Assembly: GCA_965202625.1 (NCBI GenBank)
Contig: CBDBBI010000010.1
Location: 864,001 to 928,000, forward strand
Length of the DNA: 64,000 bases
DNA from: a bacterium
GTDB taxonomy: Bacteria > UBA8248
Direction: 5' to 3'
Part shown: positions 52,256 to 61,575 of the stretch, one piece after another
Layout of the letters: every line of letters begins with the position of its first letter
Numbering within the stretch: position 1 is the stretch's first letter
Notes under the pieces: model-generated
Seen by the model: only the letters and a program-made list of their open reading frames with translations
The model's database searches: none
What the model was told of the DNA's origin: nothing
Position numbers and translations under genes: made by a program

Positions 52256-52612
52256 GCGTTCTGTGGGGCCCGCCAGCAAGCCGGATTCCACGCTCGCCCG
52301 CGTCAGCCTCACCACGCATGACGACGGCGGCGCAGCCAAAACCTATCCAGAAGCTATTTTCCAACCCGCAAAGAGCAAAGCAAAAAAAGCGAACTACAAA
52401 CCAATTAAAAGGACTCTGGCATAATCGCTCATGTTCGCTCCACCCGCCCTGAACCGCCAAAACGGCGATACACACGTATGTGCCTATCATATGGATTTCG
52501 CCATGAGCGAAATTGCTCAAGTGCAAAATTCCATAAACGAGCGTATAGCCCAAGGCGATGAGGGCATATACGGCACCCACGACGAGGCCATTCGCCAGCT
52601 GTTGCGCAAATA
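52252..52612 (-). pseudogene. livH: Branched-chain amino acid ABC permease LivH, truncated remnant
   Basis: QQLANGLVVGAVYALIALGYTLVYGIL...NFAHGEI.M.G. Only about 360 nt remain of a gene normally about 290 codons; no intact start. Confidence 0.82.
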
Positions 52613-52635
52613 TAGGAAAACCTTCAAATCGTTAT

Positions 52636-52669
52636 GGAAAAGAAAGGGAGGCTCTCGCGCCTCCCTTTC
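52636..52669 (-). terminator. Intrinsic terminator-like hairpin between livK and livH
   Basis: Perfect 11-bp stem GAAAGGGAGGC-N6-GCCTCCCTTTC followed by TTTT on the minus strand. Confidence 0.75.
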
Positions 52670-52694
52670 GAGCATTCTTCACGACAATGTTTTT

Positions 52695-53822
52695 CTAATT
52701 TAGCTGCACGAATTTCGATCCTTTCACCTGCCAGAATACGTAAGGGCTTTCCAGAACGTCTCCCTTTTGATTGAACTGAATTTTTCCCAAAGACGTATTC
52801 CAAGCCTTGCTTCGCAGGTGGGCGGCCAGTTTGCTCCCCTGAGTGCTGCCTGTGGATTGTATCGAGTTCAATATCAGATTTGCGGCCGCATAGCTATAAA
52901 TGGTGTAGGCGCCCACATCCTTACGAAAGCGCTTGCGGTGACTCTTGAGCATGGTTTGGGCCGCCGCAATTTTTTTCTGATCCGGCGGAAACGTAACGTA
53001 GGCACCCTCGGCAGATTCGCCAGCAATCTTGTAGAATTCATCCACGAAAATGCCATCACCGCTCACGAAAATCGCTTTCATGCCAAGACGCTCGCGCATC
53101 TGCTTCACCAGAAGAATGGCCTCCGGATGGATGCCGCCAAAATAAACCACCTCTGGGTTCTTTTGCTTTGCGGCTGTTAACACCGGCATGTAATCCTTGT
53201 CGCCTTGCACGACCCCACTATAGAAGATGGGGCTGACGCCCTTTTTCTCCAAAAATCGTTTAGTTCTATCGGCCAGTCCCTGTCCATACACCGTCTTATC
53301 ATGGAGAATGGCCACGTGAGTGGCCTTCAACGCACCCACGATATATTCAGCCGCCACGCGCCCCTGTTGATCGTCGCGACCACAAACACGGAACACCGTT
53401 TTGAAGCCCTGCTCAGTGAGCTTCGGGTTGGTGGACGCTGGTGTGATTTGAATGACATCCGCTTCCGCATACACGGTGGACGCAGGAATAGAAACGGAAC
53501 TGTTGAAATGACCGACGACACCAACGACCCCCGAGTTCACGAACTTGTGCGCAATCGAAATTCCTTCCCTCGGATCATGACGATCATCACCCCAAAGAAT
53601 GTCCACTTTCATCCGCTTGCCGCCAACGCTGACGCCGCCCTTGCTGTTCCATTCCTCCGCAGCGAGCGTCACGCCATTTCTCAGCATATCGCCAAACGCC
53701 GCCTGATCCCCAGTGAACGGACCGGCCACGCCGATCGTGATGGTTGATGCGGCCCGCGCAGCTGCACCCAAAAAAACGGTGCTCACGACGATGACCAACA
53801 AACACGCGATTCTCCTGAACAT
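52695..53822 (-). CDS. livK: Branched-chain amino acid ABC transporter substrate-binding protein (LivK/LivJ family), intact
   Basis: Sec signal (AARA), IGVAGPFTG..A.FG, VVGHFNSSVSIPAS..Y, ITPASTNP.LT, FRVCGRDDQQG, HDKT.YGQGLA, SGDG; 375 aa with no interruptions. Confidence 0.92.
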   Translation of the reverse strand: MFRRIACLLVIVVSTVFLGAAARAASTITIGVAGPFTGDQAAFGDMLRNGVTLAAEEWNSKGGVSVGGKRMKVDILWGDDRHDPREGISIAHKFVNSGVVGVVGHFNSSVSIPASTVYAEADVIQITPASTNPKLTEQGFKTVFRVCGRDDQQGRVAAEYIVGALKATHVAILHDKTVYGQGLADRTKRFLEKKGVSPIFYSGVVQGDKDYMPVLTAAKQKNPEVVYFGGIHPEAILLVKQMRERLGMKAIFVSGDGIFVDEFYKIAGESAEGAYVTFPPDQKKIAAAQTMLKSHRKRFRKDVGAYTIYSYAAANLILNSIQSTGSTQGSKLAAHLRSKAWNTSLGKIQFNQKGDVLESPYVFWQVKGSKFVQLN

Positions 53823-54025
53823 ATTGAATTTCCTGCCCTGGCGACAAAAAACGGTTTGCTTCATAAAAAATCAAGGATGTCGCCACCCCCATTATCCAAG
53901 CATCATTTCGCTCTCAGCCGCTGAGTGCGACGTTCCACGAAACACTCCATTCTCCTGCTGCACAAGGCAATCTGCTCTATCCAACAGATCAAAACATCTC
54001 TCTCCACGTCGGGGAGAAGCTTCCT

Positions 54026-54592
54026 TTACGCCGTCTTCACCCGCTCAATATACTCTCCCGTGCGCGTGTCGATCTTCAACATGTCGCCCTCACTCAAGAA
54101 CAGCGGCACTGCGACGGTGGCGCCTGTTTCCAATTCGGCCTGCTTAGTCGCGCCCGCCGCCGTATCGCCCCTCAGACCTGGCTCCGTCCTTTTGATCGCC
54201 AGCTCCACGAATGTGGGCATCTCGATAGAAATCGCGTCACCTTTATAAAATAATATATCTACAATCGTCTCTTCGCACAAAAATTTAACTCTGTCGCCGA
54301 GTTTCTCGGCACCCAGCCCAGTCTGATCGTATGTTTCCGTGTCCATGAAATAAAAGACGTCGCCGTCTCGATAAAGATACTGCATCTGTTTCTGTTCGAT
54401 CTCGGGATTTCCGACAGACTCGCCCGAGCGGAACGTTCTCTCTAGAACGCGACCCGTTTTCAAATTCTTCAGTTTCGTGCGCACAAAGGCACCGCCCTTT
54501 CCGGGCTTCACATGCTGAAACTCCACGATCGCGAAAGGCTCATTCTCTAGCTCGATCTTCAGCCCATTGCGAAAATCACTTGTCAAGGGCAT
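54026..54592 (-). CDS. efp: Translation elongation factor P
   Basis: FQHVKPGKGGAFVRTKLKN, FMDTETYDQ, PGLRGDTA...K.A.LETG, IDTRTGEY. Confidence 0.97.
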   Translation of the reverse strand: MPLTSDFRNGLKIELENEPFAIVEFQHVKPGKGGAFVRTKLKNLKTGRVLERTFRSGESVGNPEIEQKQMQYLYRDGDVFYFMDTETYDQTGLGAEKLGDRVKFLCEETIVDILFYKGDAISIEMPTFVELAIKRTEPGLRGDTAAGATKQAELETGATVAVPLFLSEGDMLKIDTRTGEYIERVKTA

Positions 54593-54623
54593 AGAATCAA
54601 CAAACCTCCTAATGAGAGAATGG

Positions 54624-55694
54624 TTACAAGACAACCAGCTCTTTCGTCATCGAGCTGGTGAGGATCTGCTTTCCCCTCTCCGTGACAAGAACCATATCTT
54701 CAATTCTGACGCCACCCCAACGGTGGAGATATACGCCGGGCTCCACAGTCACCACCACCCCCGGCTTTAACTCCTCCCTCACGCCTGGCCCGAGTCTGGG
54801 CGCTTCGTGTATGTTGAGTCCTAGACCGTGACCCGTTCCATGTCCGAAGGCGTCACCATAACCATGCCTTTTGATGACGTCGCGCGCGGTTTCGTCAACA
54901 TCCCCACAGCGCGCGCCCGGCTTCACGGCTTCTAGTGCCGCCATTTGGGCATCAAGGACAACATGATAAATTTTCTCGCCCTTTGGCGACGGCTTGCCTA
55001 GGGAAAATACGCGCGTCGTATCCGCATGATAGCCTGACACCACGGCTCCAAAGTCAATAGTGATGAGGTCTCCCTTCTGAAGTTTCCTTGATGAAGCGAC
55101 GCCGTGCGGAAGGGCGGAACGGGGACCAGAGGCAACGATAGTATCAAACGCCGGGCGGGAGGCTCCCCGCCTCCTCATTGCGGTTTCCAGGTCGAGGGCA
55201 ACGTCCAATTCTGCGCGCCCCGGGCGAATCGACTCCACTATTTCGCCCAACGCCCCGGCGTTCACCTTTGCGCCTCGCCTTAATTGTTGCACCTCGTCCG
55301 CATCCTTGCAAAGCCTCAATGCCTCCACAAGCCCAGAAGTGGGCTTCAGGCGCAACCCATTGAGGATCTTTCGCATTCGCCCGAGAGCCCCGTGGGTGAG
55401 ATGCTCCGCCTCGAAGGCGAGCGCGCTCCCCTTCGTTCTCCTCGCCTCGCGCACGATCCCCTCCATCGGGGAGGAATGCTCAACGCGACGATAATGGGAG
55501 GACACTTCTTTCGCCGCCTGTGAGCGATACCTGAAATCCGTGATGAAAACGGCACCTCTCATTGAGACCAGGCAGGCACCAGCCGAGCCAGTGAATCCGC
55601 TCAGGTAGCGGACGTTTTCCATCTTCGTCACGGCGATGGCGGACAGACCATCCCGTCGCATCGCCCTCCTCAGGGCGTTGAGACGGTGCTTCAT
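54624..55694 (-). CDS. Xaa-Pro aminopeptidase/dipeptidase (M24B)
   Basis: [25 protein letters not shown]...Y.AD.TR, HG.GHG.GL.IHE.P, TVEPG.Y, GVRIED. Confidence 0.93.
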   Translation of the reverse strand: MKHRLNALRRAMRRDGLSAIAVTKMENVRYLSGFTGSAGACLVSMRGAVFITDFRYRSQAAKEVSSHYRRVEHSSPMEGIVREARRTKGSALAFEAEHLTHGALGRMRKILNGLRLKPTSGLVEALRLCKDADEVQQLRRGAKVNAGALGEIVESIRPGRAELDVALDLETAMRRRGASRPAFDTIVASGPRSALPHGVASSRKLQKGDLITIDFGAVVSGYHADTTRVFSLGKPSPKGEKIYHVVLDAQMAALEAVKPGARCGDVDETARDVIKRHGYGDAFGHGTGHGLGLNIHEAPRLGPGVREELKPGVVVTVEPGVYLHRWGGVRIEDMVLVTERGKQILTSSMTKELVVL

Positions 55695-56188
55695 TACGCC
55701 TCCAAAGGAAATTTTCGTGCCTTGACATGGCGATTGATCGCCGCCTGCAAAGCCAAAGCGTAGCCTTCCAGGCCATAACCGATGATGGTTCCCGCGACCA
55801 CCGGTCCGATCATCGAACGATGCCTAAAATCCTCGCGTTTCAATACGTTGGAAATATGCACCTCGTAGACAGGCATCTCTAAGCCATCCACCGCGTCCCT
55901 GAGCGCAACACTGGTATGGGTATATCCTCCCGGATTGAAGATACAAGCCACACACCTTTCGGTTGGTGCCATGCCTGTCTGATAGGGCCTAGCGCCTCCC
56001 GCGCACTGGAGCGCGTCGATGAGTTCCCCCTCCACATTCGACTGGCGACACTCCAACTCCACTCCCTCATCCCTCGCCATCCGGACAAGAGCCGCCTCCA
56101 GCTCAGCCAGCGTGGTCTTCCCATATATTTCCGGCTCGCGCTTTCCGAGCAGATTGAGATTCGGTCCATTCAAAAGAAGCATTCGCAT
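55694..56188 (-). CDS. aroQ: Type II 3-dehydroquinate dehydratase
   Basis: LNGPNLNLLGKREPEIYG, QSN.EG, NPGGYTHTSVALRDA, EVHISN..RE.FRH.S. Confidence 0.96.
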   Translation of the reverse strand: MRMLLLNGPNLNLLGKREPEIYGKTTLAELEAALVRMARDEGVELECRQSNVEGELIDALQCAGGARPYQTGMAPTERCVACIFNPGGYTHTSVALRDAVDGLEMPVYEVHISNVLKREDFRHRSMIGPVVAGTIIGYGLEGYALALQAAINRHVKARKFPLEA

Positions 56189-56295
56189 AGTGAAGTTTCG
56201 CTCTCAAAGAATAGCGCACACCATTCGACGCACAATTTTGACCGCAGATGGTAGAAAATCGGTGTGATGGCGTCAACAAAGGAGCCTCCAACGCA

Positions 56296-57381
56296 TCACG
56301 AACCAGCAAGGGCGGATCGCCACAAGCGGGGCGGAACCTCAACGCCCAGTTCCATTTCACCAATTTTCCGCATCAGGACAAAACGTGGGCTCCCCTGGCG
56401 CGTCTTCTTGTCGCTGGCCAGCTGTTTTTTCAATGTTGATAGATTAGGCGGCTTCTTCATCTTCGTGGGCAGGCCAAAACGCTCCAGCAAAGCTGTGATC
56501 CTTTTTGTGTCCTCGTGCGCGCAAAGCCCCATTACACAAGATATTCGACTCGCCGCGGACATGCCGATGGAGACGGCTTCTCCGTGAAGCAGCTCGGATG
56601 AGTAGCCCGCCAACGCCTCTACCGCGTGTCCGAGCGTGTGGCCATAATTCAATACCTGCCTCAGTCCGGTCTCGCGCTCATCCTGCTCGACAACCTTGGC
56701 TTTAATCCGGCAATTCAAGGCTACGATCGTTTCCAGCACGGGCGCGTTTCGGTTGAGAATTTGCTCCTCGTTTCTCTCCAAAAAGGTGAAAAGACGGCTG
56801 TCCGCAATCGCTGCGTGCTTGACCACCTCGGCCAGTCCCGCGTTGAATTCACGATCAGGCAGCGTTCTAAGTGTTGACGTATCGCTCACCACGGCTGCCG
56901 GCTGATGGAACGCGCCCACAAGGTTTTTTCCCAATTCATGATCAATTGCCGTTTTTCCACCCACCGCGCTATCCACCTGAGCCAAAAGCGTTGTCGGTGC
57001 CTGAACATAGGGAATACCCCTTAAGAAAACAGCCGATGCGAATCCGACGACGTCGCCCACCACGCCTCCTCCCAAGGCAACGGCGCCGCAGCCTCTGTCC
57101 ATTCTCAAAGACGCCATCTTGTCGAGTATTCTCGATAGTTGTCGGAGCGACTTACTTCCCTCACCCGCTGGAATTCTCAGCAAAGACGCATCAACGGCCT
57201 CGCGAGCGAGCGAGTCTAAGGTTTTCTCAGCATACAGGGGCGCGACGTTGCGATCTGTGATGAGAAGCGCTCTTTTGCTTTTGAAATGGCGAGAGGAGAT
57301 TTTGCCGATATCCTCAAGGGCGTTCGCCCCGATTCGGATCGTGTAGGAACGTTCGTCAAAGTGAACCCTGACGTTCCTCAT
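56296..57381 (-). CDS. aroB: 3-dehydroquinate synthase
   Basis: GEGSK, ALGGGVVGD..GF, PTTLLAQVDSAVGGKT, KNLVGAFHQP, LNYGHTLGHA, LHGEAV, DKK. Confidence 0.97.
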   Translation of the reverse strand: MRNVRVHFDERSYTIRIGANALEDIGKISSRHFKSKRALLITDRNVAPLYAEKTLDSLAREAVDASLLRIPAGEGSKSLRQLSRILDKMASLRMDRGCGAVALGGGVVGDVVGFASAVFLRGIPYVQAPTTLLAQVDSAVGGKTAIDHELGKNLVGAFHQPAAVVSDTSTLRTLPDREFNAGLAEVVKHAAIADSRLFTFLERNEEQILNRNAPVLETIVALNCRIKAKVVEQDERETGLRQVLNYGHTLGHAVEALAGYSSELLHGEAVSIGMSAASRISCVMGLCAHEDTKRITALLERFGLPTKMKKPPNLSTLKKQLASDKKTRQGSPRFVLMRKIGEMELGVEVPPRLWRSALAGS

Positions 57382-58433
57382 GCAGACCCCACCGCGCGAT
57401 ACGCCAAGCCGGCGCCGATGGCGGCGACAGGAGAGAGAGACTCCACGAAACCAGGATCAAACCGATCATTAGGAACCTCCACATGGCGAAACGGCTTGAG
57501 GATTTCGACCGGCGAATCAAGGGCGATGGCCATGCGCACCGCCAGACCCTCTAAACGAGCGCCGCCCCCCGACAAGACCACCCGCTCAACGCGCTGAGCA
57601 GGCGATGCCGACTCCAGCAACCGCAACGTCCGCCCCAGCTCAAGAACCATCCTCTCCACTTCCACGCGGATGACGTCAGCTACGACAGATGGGTCAGGGG
57701 AAGGCGCGTCCCCCGACTTGATGCTCTCCGCCTCTTCCTCCAGAACCGCCAAACGATCCGCCAGCGCTTTCGTTACCCTCCCCCCACCAAATGGAATCGC
57801 CCGCGTAAGCAAGACGTGGTCATCGCGCACCACATTCACCAAAGTCTCAGACGCGCCGACGTCCACCAGAGCGACCGTCTCCCCTTGCCGACGCATTCCG
57901 GAGAGCTCAAAAGCACTTTCCATCGCGAAGAAATTCACATCCACTATCACTGGCTCATAGTCAATATACTCCAAGAAATTACGCAACCTCTCCAGTGGTT
58001 TCCGCTTCACTGCGATCATCAAATACTCATCCATGATCGCGCCCATTTTCTCCACCTGGCCGATTCGCAGATGAGACAAGCGCACCTCATCCAAGGAAAC
58101 GGGCAACACTTGTATTGCCTCGGCCTCCAAAGCGTCGGAGACGGGGAAATCTTCCTCCGAGGGCAGAAGCACCGTCTTCAGCATCGCCGCCGCGCCCGAT
58201 AACGCCACGACCACTCTTTTCTCCTCCGTCCTCTCATCGGAAATCAATTCCTCCACCCGACGCATGACCTCCTCAGTGTCGCGCACAAAACCACTCTGCA
58301 CAGCATTTGGGGCCAAGGGGGCCACTCCCAAACGGGAGAGAGAAAGACATCCTTTCTTCTTCACGAGCGCCACCAACTTAACGGCAGAACTCCCAATGTC
58401 GATCGCTAGAGGGTATGTTGAGTCGTCTAACAC
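57378..58433 (-). CDS. pilM: Type IV pilus assembly protein PilM (FtsA/actin-like); start uncertain
   Basis: AIDIGSSAVKLV, ALVDVGASET, TRAIPFGG, VLSGGGA...L, V....PF, A.GLAYR; ATGA overlap with aroB. Confidence 0.85.
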   Translation of the reverse strand: MLDDSTYPLAIDIGSSAVKLVALVKKKGCLSLSRLGVAPLAPNAVQSGFVRDTEEVMRRVEELISDERTEEKRVVVALSGAAAMLKTVLLPSEEDFPVSDALEAEAIQVLPVSLDEVRLSHLRIGQVEKMGAIMDEYLMIAVKRKPLERLRNFLEYIDYEPVIVDVNFFAMESAFELSGMRRQGETVALVDVGASETLVNVVRDDHVLLTRAIPFGGGRVTKALADRLAVLEEEAESIKSGDAPSPDPSVVADVIRVEVERMVLELGRTLRLLESASPAQRVERVVLSGGGARLEGLAVRMAIALDSPVEILKPFRHVEVPNDRFDPGFVESLSPVAAIGAGLAYRAVGSA

Positions 58434-58459
58434 TATAGTTCTCAGACAGGAAAAGAACT

Positions 58460-59417
58460 CTAAAACAACCGAATCGGCACCAATGTGAACGTAAAAACGA
58501 AGACCAGCATACACCCAAATCCCCAAAAGCGTCTCTCTCGCATCATCGGCGTCCGCTCATCCAGAAGCGGCGGATGGCGTCTCCCCAACAGAAGTGCAAT
58601 CGCGCTCCAGAGAATCCAGCCCGGCCAGCAAACCGAAGCCCACCGCGACCGATACCTTTGGATACCATTCGCCGAGGAGCGTGTAGGCAATGTGTCCCCC
58701 GGCAAGTTGTCCGGCAGGAATCAAATTAAGGACGTCACCAATAGCCCACACCAACCCGCAAAGGCCACCGGATGGAGAATGATATCGTGCCCCGAGGGAA
58801 TCGGACCATACATGAGCCATGCAATGCCGTCGAACAACAGAGGGGTCCCCAGTCCAATTCCGCCTGATATACCTTCAGGGACGAGTTCTGAAAGCGCCAA
58901 CCCGATGAACAACAGCCGGAACCGAGACGGCTATGTCCATCAGCACGTCTCGGTTCAGAATTCTTCCACGCATTCGGATGAGCGCACCGAACGTGCCCAA
59001 CAAGGAGGGCGCAGGTAAAAAATAAGGCAAGGAGGCATCCACCCCCCATTTTCGACTCGCTACGTAATGGCCCATCTCATGCGCGCCAAGAATCAAAAGC
59101 AGCGTCAACGAATACGGAAGTCCAACCAGCAGAAAAGGTATAAAACACCGTAACCACGAACATCAAAACAGGAACACCCACAGTTCTCCAAAAGGCATCG
59201 CGCGCCGAGGTCCCGCCAGCAAAGCGGTGAACGCCCCCCGTTTCGCTTTCTGCACCGATCGCAAAAACACCTTTAATTCGGGGCGAAATCCCCCTCCTCG
59301 TTCATTCAATCCCCACTCCTTGGCCAGCAGTGGCATGAAAGGGACGAACATTCCCCCAAAGGCTTCCGGAGCGCTCATCTCATCGTCGGTCTCCGGAAGG
59401 GAGAATACGCCCCGCAC
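58460..59417 (-). pseudogene. Site-2 protease (M50 zinc metalloprotease), multiply frameshifted
   Basis: Fragments in three frames: ILGAHEMGH...LPYFLP...GTFGA.I.M, LHPVAFAGW.GLLVT.L, NLIPAGQLAGGHI (the usual LDGGH Zn-ligand Asp is replaced by Ala), HPP...F.F...P. Confidence 0.82.
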
Positions 59418-59524
59418 GTATTTTGTGAAATTCTAGCCAATCCTCCGCATTGGCGCACCTTGACACCTCACGCCGCAATTCTTACCCTCCCGCTTGACGC
59501 ATTTCCCCTCGTGGAAACAAAAAG

Positions 59525-61543
59525 ATGCCAAACGCCATCACGACATTCATATTAGGCGTCTCTCTCGCCGCATCCCTCATATCCGGATGCGGAACGAAAC
59601 CCGCCTTGGACACCTCGTCCCCCGCCCCCAAAACCTTTCGTTTCCCCAATCAAAAGACGACCCCTACTCATCAAACGGAAGACAGGAAGGAGACGACGCC
59701 AAACCAGATTGGGAGAAGGTCTGAGAACTTTTCTTCAAAAACGCTCTTCAAAGAAGGCAGAAGATGGTCCGCGCCCACCCCGGCATCGCCTGAGATGCCG
59801 CTGCGCGCACTAAAAGAGCGGTTAGCGAAACATCCGAATGCCCCTAATACCGACCAGGTTCTGCTCGACGTCGCAAAGCATGAGATCAGGCGTGGGAACT
59901 TGAAAGCGGCGACGACGAGATTAAGGCGACTTCAGGAGAAATTTCCCCTATCCCCTCTTTATCCGGAAAGCGTATTTTATCTTGGTCTGACACTTCAGGC
60001 GTCCGGCCGCCACGAAGACGCATGGCTTTCTCTCAATAGCAGCCTGAGCGGGGAGAGCAAACCGAAAAGACGCGCGCTGCTCCAGGCTTCCTTGGGAGAG
60101 GTGCACGAAAAGCGCGGCGAGGCTTTCCCCGCTCTGCTCTCCTATGCGCGCGCCATAACGAGCGATCCGAAAATTCACCAGAAAACCATGCTTATCCGGC
60201 GCATCAAGACCTTAGCGAGAATCGTCCCACCGCATCAGCTTCACCGAATCGTTGAGCGTTTTGGAAAATCATCGGTAGGGACATATATCCGTTCAGCTTT
60301 AACGAATAGGAGCGGGCAAGAAATACGTCCCCAGGTCGGGCGCGTCGGTATCATGCTTCCGCTCTCTGGCCCCGCCGCCGCCGCAGGGGAGCATGTCTAT
60401 CAAGGTATCCAGCTGGCGCTTCGTCACAGTTTGACAAAACATCCCGACCTGCGGATTCAACTTGCGGTTCGGGACACGAGAAGCGCTGCCCGGTCGGCAG
60501 GCGAAGCGGCGGAGGTCGCCGCCGGATTGATCGAGAAAGAGAAGGTCATCGCCCTCATCGGTCCGCTTCTGACCCGGGCGACGGAGCTTTCCGCCGAAAT
60601 CGCGAACCGGCTCCAGACCCCCATGCTCACGCCGTTTTCGGTCCGCATGGATATGAAGCGCGATTTCCAGTGGGTGTTTCGCAACTCGCTCACAAACCGC
60701 CTTCAGGCCCAAGGCGTTGCAGTCTACGCCGTCCAGCACCTCGGAGTGCGGCGCTTCGCCGTCTTGTATCCCGACAATCAGGATGGGCGGGAGCTCACCG
60801 ACGCTTTCACGCAGACTGTGGAGAGACTCGGCGGAGAGGTCGTCCAGATCGTTTCGTTTCCTAAGAACACAACCGACTTTCGAGCGCAAATGCGCGCGCT
60901 CGGCGGCCTGGACGACAGAGAACTGACAAGGAAGAAACTTTCCCTAGGACTCAAGAAATCAGATCCGTTTAACGTCCAATTGAATTTCGAGGCGCTCTTC
61001 GTTCCCGCCCATCACGACAAGGCGGTGCTCATCGCGCCGCAGCTCCCATTCTACAACATGCGCGAAATTCAGATTTTGGGCGGCAGCGGTTGGAACAGCC
61101 GTCGGTTGCTCGAACATGGAGAGAGCTACGTCGAGGGGGCCACCTTCGTCGATGGATTTTTCGCTGACTCGAAGGAACCAAAAATCGTGCGCTTCGTGAA
61201 CGCATACAAGAACCTATTCGGGAGAAAACCCGGCATATTCTCCGCTCTTGGTTATGACGCCGGCCAAATCATATTCACGGCACTCGCAAAAGGGGCGCGG
61301 ACAGGGGCGGAGGTCAGAGAACATCTCGCCGCCCTCAAGGGTTTTGACGGAATCATGGGGCTGACGGACATGGGAGCGGACAACGACGCGCGGCGGCAGT
61401 TGTTCGTGCTCTCCGTTCAGGGGAGAAAAATTCAGCACCTTCAAATGGTAGCGCCGCATAGGACTTTTCGTCATAGGGAATTCAAGCCAATCCGAAGCGA
61501 CGGTAGATTAGCCCCGTTGCCCTCAAAACCAGCGATCCCGTAA
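59525..61543 (+). CDS. TPR-containing lipoprotein with a periplasmic-binding-protein fold (LpoA/LppC-like PBP activator family)
   Basis: Lipobox ISGC; TPR helices (FPLSPL..E..F.LG); VGIMLPLSG, IIGPL-like, VLYP...G, TDF..Q, ALF.P, IAPQL.FY, LG..GWN, ALGYDA, F.G..G. Confidence 0.75.
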   Translation: MPNAITTFILGVSLAASLISGCGTKPALDTSSPAPKTFRFPNQKTTPTHQTEDRKETTPNQIGRRSENFSSKTLFKEGRRWSAPTPASPEMPLRALKERLAKHPNAPNTDQVLLDVAKHEIRRGNLKAATTRLRRLQEKFPLSPLYPESVFYLGLTLQASGRHEDAWLSLNSSLSGESKPKRRALLQASLGEVHEKRGEAFPALLSYARAITSDPKIHQKTMLIRRIKTLARIVPPHQLHRIVERFGKSSVGTYIRSALTNRSGQEIRPQVGRVGIMLPLSGPAAAAGEHVYQGIQLALRHSLTKHPDLRIQLAVRDTRSAARSAGEAAEVAAGLIEKEKVIALIGPLLTRATELSAEIANRLQTPMLTPFSVRMDMKRDFQWVFRNSLTNRLQAQGVAVYAVQHLGVRRFAVLYPDNQDGRELTDAFTQTVERLGGEVVQIVSFPKNTTDFRAQMRALGGLDDRELTRKKLSLGLKKSDPFNVQLNFEALFVPAHHDKAVLIAPQLPFYNMREIQILGGSGWNSRRLLEHGESYVEGATFVDGFFADSKEPKIVRFVNAYKNLFGRKPGIFSALGYDAGQIIFTALAKGARTGAEVREHLAALKGFDGIMGLTDMGADNDARRQLFVLSVQGRKIQHLQMVAPHRTFRHREFKPIRSDGRLAPLPSKPAIP

Positions 61544-61575
61544 AAAGCAACGTCTCATTCGTAAAACCTCGACTT

